DNA from: Candidatus Binatia bacterium
Lineage (GTDB): Bacteria > Desulfobacterota > Binatia > UBA9968
NCBI GenBank assembly: GCA_036505755.1
Contig: DASXSW010000459.1
Span: 1-34,326 of the forward strand
Length of the DNA stretch: 34,326 nucleotides
Direction: 5' to 3'
Shown: positions 8,719 through 15,586 of the stretch, one piece after another
Layout of the letters: every line of letters starts with the position of its first letter
Numbering within the stretch: the first letter of the stretch is position 1
Translations under genes and position numbers: made by a program
Notes under the pieces: generated by a model
The model's database searches: none
Seen by the model: the letters and a program-made list of their open reading frames with translations, nothing else
Told to the model about the DNA's origin: nothing

Positions 8719-9090
8719 TCAGAAGAGCCGAAAACCGCCGAAGCCATACTCGCCGATCCATTTTCCGTTCGTCGGGTCGTATATATCGATCAGCATGTTT
8801 TTATCCGGATGTCCCGCCAGAAAGCGGGAAAAGATTTCGATGAAATTTTCCTGCGCGACGGCATCCGCTTTCATGAATCCCTCGCCGACGTAGAGCCGGT
8901 GCGGACGCTTGGTGCTATCTAATCTGACCCAGAAACGAGAGCCGTTGGAGCCGACCTGATCCAACCACTTTCGGTATTCTGAGACTCGCGATTCGATTTC
9001 CTTGAAGTTGACGGTTTGAGCAACGGCAAGCGCTGGAAAAAACAATGCGGACGCTAGGACAATAACTGGTATTCTGCCTAGCATCCGCAT
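8719..9090 (-). CDS. Hypothetical exported protein
   Basis: 123 aa with a clear signal peptide (MRMLGRIPVIVLASALFFPALAVAQ). I recognise no family. Confidence 0.55.
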   Translation of the reverse strand: MRMLGRIPVIVLASALFFPALAVAQTVNFKEIESRVSEYRKWLDQVGSNGSRFWVRLDSTKRPHRLYVGEGFMKADAVAQENFIEIFSRFLAGHPDKNMLIDIYDPTNGKWIGEYGFGGFRLF

Positions 9091-9113
9091 TGAGTCAATC
9101 TCGATTGATCGCT

Positions 9114-9827
9114 CTAGTTGACTTTAATTTCGACGCGGCGGTTTTTCGCTCGCCCTTCCCTGGTCTTGTTGTCCGCGATCGGTTTGCTCTCACCAAACCC
9201 CTGTCCGGAAATTCGACTGCTATCGACGCCCTTCTTGACGACGTAGTCTCTAACCGAATTCACCCGCCGTTCGGACAGTCTCTGGTTGTAAGCTTCCGTA
9301 CCGATGCTATCGGTGTGACCGGAGAGATTCGCGTTCTTGTCTTTGTTTTCGTTCATGAAGGCAACCAGTCGGTCCAAAATTGCCGCTGCTTCCGGTTTGA
9401 CATTACTCTTGTCAAAGTCGAAGAGCACATCGTCCAAGATGATCGTTCGCTCAACCTTCGGCGCCGGCGGAGGTGGCGGCGGTGGCGGAGGCGGCGGTGG
9501 TGGCGGCTTCGGCGCGGGAGGCGGTGGAGGCGGTGGCGGCGGTGGTGGCGGCGGAGGTGGCGGTGGCGGTGGTTTTGGCTCCTCGGTCATTAGATAAGCC
9601 AATCCACCACAGATTAACGCGCCGGTAACGAGTCCGATTCCGGCCCCGGCGGCTTCATTGCGATGTCTCCCCTCAATACCGTTGTGCGCGGCCGCGGCTC
9701 CTCCCGCAGCGCCCATGGCACCGCAAACCGCAGCACCGACGAGAGCGGCCTGGTTCTTGGTCATCCCGGTACAACCCGTCAGAAAAAACCCTAGCGCAGC
9801 CAACGCTAGCTGTTTGTTTTTCTTCAT
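9114..9827 (-). CDS. OmpA-family peptidoglycan-binding lipoprotein with a Gly/Ala-rich segment and a polyproline spacer
   Basis: Lipobox LTGC at residues 16-19. The C-terminal OmpA_C motifs read GHTDSIGTEAYNQRLSERR ... NRRVEI. Confidence 0.9.
   Translation of the reverse strand: MKKNKQLALAALGFFLTGCTGMTKNQAALVGAAVCGAMGAAGGAAAAHNGIEGRHRNEAAGAGIGLVTGALICGGLAYLMTEEPKPPPPPPPPPPPPPPPPPPPAPKPPPPPPPPPPPPPPAPKVERTIILDDVLFDFDKSNVKPEAAAILDRLVAFMNENKDKNANLSGHTDSIGTEAYNQRLSERRVNSVRDYVVKKGVDSSRISGQGFGESKPIADNKTREGRAKNRRVEIKVN
9456..9578 (-). repeat. Low-complexity (CCN)n tract encoding PK-P19-APK-P14-APK
   Basis: The plus strand reads (GGN)n. I counted the codons against the CDS frame: 36 of the 41 residues are Pro. 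Confidence 0.95.
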
Positions 9828-10134
9828 CTCTGCCTCCCAGCAAAGGATTGCCGAAATTTTTGGTCAAAGTAGTACAAGGTGTCCCCCATGTCAAGAAAAT
9901 TCTTTGACTTCATTCACAGGTTATATCCGAGGTCGTTCCGGTCGAAATTGGCCTATTTGTTGGGTATTTCACGGTTGTTCCACACAACTAATAGCCGACA
10001 ATTCCCAGTGCTTACGCGAATCAGTAAGCCGTTGTGCGTGGCAATTTAGGCGGTGTTTCACAATCAGAACTATTGCCAATATGCCCCCGCCAAATCCTGA
10101 CAACTGTTGCCAGCCGCGCACGAAGCCGGTTTCG

Positions 10135-10801
10135 CACTATAACAAAAGCTTGCCAAACGATCCGATGTACAACACCCAACCGCTCTTTTTTTTGGAGAGA
10201 TAATCGGTAGGATTGGCAGGCTCAACTCCGTCGCGTCGGTCAGCGTATCGCCGCGGCGACAGATAAGCCAAACTACAAATGGGAGTTCAACCTTATTCAA
10301 GGAAAAGAAATCAACGCCTTTGCGCTTCCTGGCGGCAAAGTGGTTTTTTGGGAGGGGATGATGCCAGTGGCTCAGGATGACAACGGCATCGCCGTGGTCA
10401 TGGGCCATGAGATCGCTCACGCGCTGGCGCGCCATGGCGCCGAACGCATGAGCCAAACGATGGGCGCGCAAGCGATTGGCGAGCTACTTGCCGCCGGGGT
10501 GGGTCAAGTCAGCCCCGGAATGCGCGACGATTTTCTCAAGGTCTATGGCCTGGGCGCCACTGTTGGCGTCTTACTCCCTTGGGGCCGAACTCAAGAATCC
10601 GAAGCGGATCGAATTGGCTTAACCTTAATGGCAAAAGCCGGCTATGATCCGGCATCCGCAATCGCTTTTTGGGAACGGATGTCCAAAGTCAGCGGCGACA
10701 AGCCACCCGAATTTTTGTCCACTCATCCGAGCGACATCACGCGTATCAACCAGATCAAACAATGGTTGCCCGAAGCACGGTCGTACTACCGAGGAAACTG
10801 A
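10135..10801 (+). pseudogene. M48-family zinc metallopeptidase (LoiP/YcaL-like), 5' part disrupted
   Basis: HEIAH and a family-typical C-terminus (ESEADRIGL, EFLSTHPS) are present. Homology continues upstream of the first usable start (GTG 10340) to an in-frame TAG at 10208, and then continues in another frame. Confidence 0.6.
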
Positions 10802-10865
10802 TCGATTTCCTGGTGGGACAGTAGTTCGGCTATAAAGATCTCTGAATCAGCTCGTGTAGCAGCTC

Positions 10866-11090
10866 TTAACGGCCAATTCCTGTCCCGAGCTGCTTCACTA
10901 ACTTTTGTACAACGTCGGTGAGAAACGAGTCCCACTGTTGCCAATCGGCCCGCGTCCCGGTCGGCAGCGCCAGCGCAGCCAAGCGAACCTCGCCGCTTCG
11001 AGTCATCTGTGACGCCCATGCGCCAGTCGGAATCAGAACCACGACCAGCGCAAGCAAAAGTCCTCGTCCTGCGTAACTAAAAACCCGCAC
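10866..11090 (-). CDS. Possible small exported protein (about 75 aa from GTG 11090)
   Basis: A signal-peptide-like stretch (GLLLALVVVLIPTGAWA) lies downstream of mscL. The longer 116-aa version in the track would overlap mscL. The start is uncertain. Confidence 0.3.
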   Translation of the reverse strand: MRVFSYAGRGLLLALVVVLIPTGAWASQMTRSGEVRLAALALPTGTRADWQQWDSFLTDVVQKLVKQLGTGIGR

Positions 11091-11143
11091 ACGACCGTTA
11101 TAATTCCACCGTGTTGGCTGCGGGAATTCGCAGCGTGAAATTC

Positions 11144-11575
11144 CTACTTGAGTTCCGACGTGCAGTGAGCGCACTTCGTCGCCTTGAGCGGGACGGCCGA
11201 CAAACAATACGGGCACTCCTTTGTCGTCGACGCGGCGGCCGGCGCCGGCTTTTGCATCCGGTTAATCTGCTTAATGAGCAGAAAAATCGCGAATGCGATA
11301 ATCGCAAAGTTCAGAATATTGTTGAAGAAGATGCCGTAATTCAGAGTCGCGGCGCCCGCCGCTTTCGCGGCAGCGACACTAGGATAATCTTTGCCTGATA
11401 GGTTGATGAACAGATTGGAGAAATCGACGTTTCCGAGCGCCAATCCTATCGGCGGCATCAGAATATCCTCGACGAACGACGTGACGATCTTTCCGAACGC
11501 CACGCCGATGACCACGCCCACGGCCAGGTCAACGACGTTGCCGCGCATGATGAATTCTTTGAATTCATTATACAT
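11144..11575 (-). CDS. mscL: Large-conductance mechanosensitive channel
   Basis: The N-terminus is near-canonical ([28 protein letters not shown]). A perfect AGGAGG Shine-Dalgarno sequence is present. Confidence 0.95.
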   Translation of the reverse strand: MYNEFKEFIMRGNVVDLAVGVVIGVAFGKIVTSFVEDILMPPIGLALGNVDFSNLFINLSGKDYPSVAAAKAAGAATLNYGIFFNNILNFAIIAFAIFLLIKQINRMQKPAPAAASTTKECPYCLSAVPLKATKCAHCTSELK

Positions 11576-11803
11576 TTTTCCTCCTACGTATTTTGAACAG
11601 TTCCACCCCGCTGTCCGTATCGCCTGGAACTCTGTCAGACGAAGACCATACTTCCGACATTAATTTGAAGTCAAATCAATTTTGCCTTCCGTCCTCGAGC
11701 TTTGCGCGGCTGAAAATCTCAGTCGATAAACCCACCGATCTGATCGCAGTATTAATGTTAGACGTTGGTTGCCGAGCAATTTTTCCACGTGTATCTTTTT
11801 TTC

Positions 11804-14713
11804 ATGAAGGCTCTGACGCCCAGGGGTTTGAGGTTGCTTGGATTTTCATTCGCGGCGTTGGCCCTCATCTACATCGCGCTGTTTTTCTCTCTGCAGTCGA
11901 CGACATTTAGAGACTGGGCACAATCAGAGTTGTCCCATAGAAGCGGGTACCAAGTGCGGCTGGCGAATTTACGACTTCGCCTGCCCCTAAGCATCGTCGC
12001 TGACGCCGTCGAAATTTCGAAGCCCGGGGAACTTTTATTCAAGACCAACCGGCTGACAGTCACGATCAACTTGCTCGATTTGCGCTCCCAAACGGTTCAC
12101 CGAGTGACAATCGAAGAGCCGGTGCTTGAGCTCGACGTTGAGCAAATGATGAAGTCCTCGAGCAAAACTTCGGCAAAAATCGCTTTGCGTCACCTGAATG
12201 TTCAAGATGGCACGATCGTCTTAAAAAAAGGCAAAGCAACGGTTTTCGAGCTGCCGAAAATCAATTTGGCAGCGGAAAACTTGAATCTCGGGGAGCAGTC
12301 GGGCATCAGCCTGCGCGCCGACGTGCCACGACTAAACGGTGAGGCGGAATTACATATGACCGGCCAACCGCGTAATTTGATAACCGAGATCGTTATTCGT
12401 CCAAAACGAACGCAGGGTTTGTTCACTCCGCAAAAGCCGAAAGATGCCGTTCCTGAACTAGCGCGACTTCACGTCAAGCTCCACGCGCCGGAAAATCAAG
12501 AGGCCGACGTGACGATCGAAGGCAAGTTTCAAGATCTTGCGATTGGCGACGGAAAAATCACCGGCAGTCTGGACGCCCGTATGGAAATCGATGCGGACTG
12601 GACGGTCGTCGCGTTTTCGGGTCAGGCCGCTTTGAGAGATTTTCCCGAAGCGATTCACGCCCATGGTCTACGACTCCCCAACGGAGAAGCGGCGGCAAAT
12701 CTTGCCGGCACATTTGTATTGCCCAGCAAAACGCTTTTGCTGAAGACAGTCGAGCTTAGTTCTCCCGTGGGAAGCGGTGCCGGCGAGGCGGAGCTGAGGT
12801 TCGAGCCCCAGGCGCGCATTTCCAACGCCAAAGTGACCCTGCGGGAAATTCCCTTGGACAACTTCAAGACGCTGCTTCCGCCGCCGTTCGATGAGTGGAC
12901 GTATCAGGGCCGGGGGCAGCTCGAGGTAAATTTCCACGGGCCGTTCGACGCGCTTGAGGCCATGGGCATCGTTCGTAGCGACACGCTCCAGGTTCGCAGC
13001 GACAGCATGAACGTAGCGACGCTGGCCGTCACAGCGCCGTTTCAATGGACCAAGCCCGCTCTGCGAATCAAAGAAGCCAAGCTCAACGCGACCAAGCTTG
13101 CCTACGGCACGAAGGATCGCTGGCAGGGATCGGCCGAGCGCATGCAAGCGAGCGCCTCGTTTGACTTCAAGGCCAACGAGTCGCTGAAGATCAGCGGGCA
13201 ATTCGCAACTGCCGGCGGTAAATTTACTTCTCCCGATAGCTCGAAAGTCGGTGAGAATCTGTCGCTCAGCGGGCCTTTCGAAATCACATTCCTTCCTGGA
13301 AAAAATTCGACCGGTGTCACGGGCAAACTTACTGCAGCAACCGGTGAGGTTTTGTGGGGCAAGTTTTTCGGCGATTTGAAGACGGAAAGGCCGGCACTTG
13401 AAATCGATGGCGATTACTTTCGCGGCGCGGATCGGCTCAATTGTCGCCGCTGTAATTTAAATCTTTTCAACGTCGGCAGCGTTGACATTGCCGGTTCCAT
13501 CGAACAAGTCACGCAAACGCCCACGCTGCGTCTTCAGGCGCGTAGCGCGAATTTCTCCCCTGGTGGTTTTTTTGATTTTTTTCTGCGCGAAGCCTTCAAG
13601 GTCAAGTACCCGATGCTGGAGAATCTCGCCGTCGCCGGACAGATGGCCTTTCAGCTCCAGCTCGAGGGGCTCTTTGAGGCGCTCACGGCGAATGGCGAAT
13701 TGTCGCTTAAAGCCGGCGAGGTTAGAGTGAAGCCGAAAGAATGGCAGATCGGACCGATCGTGCTTCAGCTTCCCTTCCAAGTTCGTTTGGCGGAAACTCA
13801 GAAGGAATCGACCGGCGATCGGCAAATCGGCAGGCTTTCAATCGAGAGCGCCCGGTTCGGCAAACAATCTGTGGGGCCGGTGACGGCGACAGTCTCGTTG
13901 TCGAACAACGCCTTGCGATTTCATCAGCCGATTCGACTCGGACTCTTTGGCGGTGAGATCGAAATCAGCAATCTCTTTTGGCCCGACGCGGTGCGTGATC
14001 CGAAGCAAGTCTCCTTCTCCGTCGACGCGAAACGCTTGCAACTCGAAGAACTGACCGAGGCTCTGAACTGGCATCCCTTCAGTGGCACTCTGACCGGCTC
14101 GATCCCGAAGGTGCAGTCGACGGGAACCTTACTGCAAACCCGCGGCGACATTCAGGCGGAACTTTTTGGCGGGCGCGCGCGTATCGGGAAATTCGAGATT
14201 GAAAATCCGTTTTCGTCCTTGGCATCGATCAAGGTCGATGCCAAGCTGAACGAGATTCAACTGGAACAACTCTCGAAGACCTTTGAATTCGGCCGCATCT
14301 CAGGCATCCTGGAAGGAAGCATCGACGACCTGGTTTTGATCAACGGGCAACCTTCAGAATTTCGGGTCGATCTCCATTCGGTGGAGCGAAGCGGGATCGA
14401 ACAGCGGATCAGTGTCGAGGCAATCAATAAGATTACCGTGTTGAGCTCTGGACAGAGTGCCGGCGCTTTGTACGGCGGTCTCGCCGGTTTTTTCGACAGT
14501 TTTCGCTACAGCAAGCTCGGCTTCAAAGCAACTCTAAAGAACGACCGGCTCACGTTGCGCGGGGTGGAAACCCGCGGCGACCAAGAGTTTTTGGTTGTCG
14601 GCAGTTTCCTTCCACCCACGGTAAATGTTATCAGCCATACGCAAGTCATCGCCTTTTCCGAATTAGTGCGTCGACTCGAACGTATCAAATCTGACAAATC
14701 AAACGTCAAATAG
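11804..14713 (+). CDS. AsmA-like, YdbH-family large envelope protein with an N-terminal membrane anchor
   Basis: One N-terminal TM helix is followed by about 940 aa of beta-rich sequence. A DUF1318/YdbL-like gene starts 12 nt downstream, as in the E. coli ydbH-ynbE-ydbL locus. I prefer the ATG at 11804 over the track's TTG at 11765. Confidence 0.65.
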   Translation: MKALTPRGLRLLGFSFAALALIYIALFFSLQSTTFRDWAQSELSHRSGYQVRLANLRLRLPLSIVADAVEISKPGELLFKTNRLTVTINLLDLRSQTVHRVTIEEPVLELDVEQMMKSSSKTSAKIALRHLNVQDGTIVLKKGKATVFELPKINLAAENLNLGEQSGISLRADVPRLNGEAELHMTGQPRNLITEIVIRPKRTQGLFTPQKPKDAVPELARLHVKLHAPENQEADVTIEGKFQDLAIGDGKITGSLDARMEIDADWTVVAFSGQAALRDFPEAIHAHGLRLPNGEAAANLAGTFVLPSKTLLLKTVELSSPVGSGAGEAELRFEPQARISNAKVTLREIPLDNFKTLLPPPFDEWTYQGRGQLEVNFHGPFDALEAMGIVRSDTLQVRSDSMNVATLAVTAPFQWTKPALRIKEAKLNATKLAYGTKDRWQGSAERMQASASFDFKANESLKISGQFATAGGKFTSPDSSKVGENLSLSGPFEITFLPGKNSTGVTGKLTAATGEVLWGKFFGDLKTERPALEIDGDYFRGADRLNCRRCNLNLFNVGSVDIAGSIEQVTQTPTLRLQARSANFSPGGFFDFFLREAFKVKYPMLENLAVAGQMAFQLQLEGLFEALTANGELSLKAGEVRVKPKEWQIGPIVLQLPFQVRLAETQKESTGDRQIGRLSIESARFGKQSVGPVTATVSLSNNALRFHQPIRLGLFGGEIEISNLFWPDAVRDPKQVSFSVDAKRLQLEELTEALNWHPFSGTLTGSIPKVQSTGTLLQTRGDIQAELFGGRARIGKFEIENPFSSLASIKVDAKLNEIQLEQLSKTFEFGRISGILEGSIDDLVLINGQPSEFRVDLHSVERSGIEQRISVEAINKITVLSSGQSAGALYGGLAGFFDSFRYSKLGFKATLKNDRLTLRGVETRGDQEFLVVGSFLPPTVNVISHTQVIAFSELVRRLERIKSDKSNVK

Positions 14714-14725
14714 GATGGAGGAACC

Positions 14726-15310
14726 ATGCTGAAACGGACATTGATTGCGGCGGCGTTTTTTATCAGCGCCTGTGTGACCGTGAACATCTATTTTCCTGCG
14801 GCCGCCGTTGAACGGGCTGCGGAGCAGATCGTGAAGGAAACCTGGGGCGGACCGGGAGAACCGGCAAAAGCGCCGCCAAAGCCACAAAGCACCAATCCAT
14901 TCTCGCCGATGCGAACAATCTCTCTCAACTTTGTCAGCCAAGCTCACGCACAGGAAGCCGACATCAATGTTTCCAATCCCGCCATTCGCGCGCTGAAAGA
15001 CTCGATCAAACAGCGCAGCAACGCGATCAAGCCGTACATGGACCGCGGCAATGTCGGCATCGGCCAAGACGGTCTTCTAGCGATTCGCAGTACGGACGGG
15101 CTCAACCTAAAAGAGCGCGCCGACGTCCAGCAGTTGATCGAAGCAGAAAATCGCGATCGCGAAGCGCTCTATGCAGAGATCGCCAAGGCCAATGGCATTC
15201 CGAAGGAAAACATTCCCAAGATTAAAAGCATCTTTGCTAAAAGTTGGATCGAGCAAGCGCAGCCCGGCTGGTGGATCCAGGATAACCAAGGAAATTGGAA
15301 GAAAAAGTGA
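14726..15310 (+). CDS. YdbL-like (DUF1318) protein with an N-terminal lipoprotein signal and a Pro-rich linker
   Basis: Lipobox ISAC is present. The C-terminal half (GNVGIGQDGLL...AENRDREALYAEIAKANG...GWWIQDNQGNWKKK) resembles E. coli YdbL as I recall it. Confidence 0.7.
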   Translation: MLKRTLIAAAFFISACVTVNIYFPAAAVERAAEQIVKETWGGPGEPAKAPPKPQSTNPFSPMRTISLNFVSQAHAQEADINVSNPAIRALKDSIKQRSNAIKPYMDRGNVGIGQDGLLAIRSTDGLNLKERADVQQLIEAENRDREALYAEIAKANGIPKENIPKIKSIFAKSWIEQAQPGWWIQDNQGNWKKK

Positions 15311-15326
15311 CGGGCCGCGGCCCGTC
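15309..15326. repeat. Perfect 18-nt palindrome GACGGGCCGCGGCCCGTC overlapping the ydbL-like stop codon
   Basis: Read directly from the sequence. It could act as a terminator hairpin, although no U-run follows it. Confidence 0.6.
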
Positions 15327-15503
15327 ATCCCGAGCAAATGCGAGGGATCTCAGAAAGATTCTCCTTTCAGTCGAAATGACACCGGGGTCCCCTGCGCCTT
15401 TGTGTCTTTGCGTGAGATTCCCGTTTCGCTACGTTCCATTCGGGCTACACATTACACACTTCCCAGCTTGCGGAAATCTGATACGCGAGGTTCTCGAACT
15501 CAA

Positions 15504-15528
15504 GGGCGACCAGCCGGTCGCCCCTACA
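15504..15528. repeat. REP-like hairpin GGGCGACC-agcc-GGTCGCCCCTACA
   Basis: This is the same unit as at 8639-8665. Confidence 0.7.
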
Positions 15529-15586
15529 CCTCCTTTGCGTATTTTGCCTTCTTTACGGCCAAATTTTCTTCCTCTGAACGCCCGTC

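Noticed and set aside
8470-8922. A 150-aa plus-strand ORF in the intergenic region.
   Set aside because: It reads through the inverted-repeat element and the REP hairpins, and then runs antisense into the exported-protein gene. It has no Shine-Dalgarno sequence. It is a repeat-derived artefact.
9090-9597. Plus-strand ORFs encode RRWRRW... and GGGGGG... repeats.
   Set aside because: These are reverse-frame readings of the (CCN)n polyproline tract of the OmpA-type lipoprotein, not genes.
10186-10193. A T8 homopolymer, considered as a phase-variation or sequencing-slip site that might explain the M48 frame break.
   Set aside because: I translated the T7 and T9 versions. Neither joins the upstream frame to the HEIAH frame without hitting a stop, so a simple slip does not explain the break.
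9658-10203. A 181-aa ORF runs from inside the ompA-like gene (antisense) through the intergenic region.
   Set aside because: It is rich in Cys and Trp and has no signal peptide or ribosome-binding site, so I do not call it a gene. Only its last roughly 15 codons look like M48 sequence, and those are used in the pseudogene interpretation.
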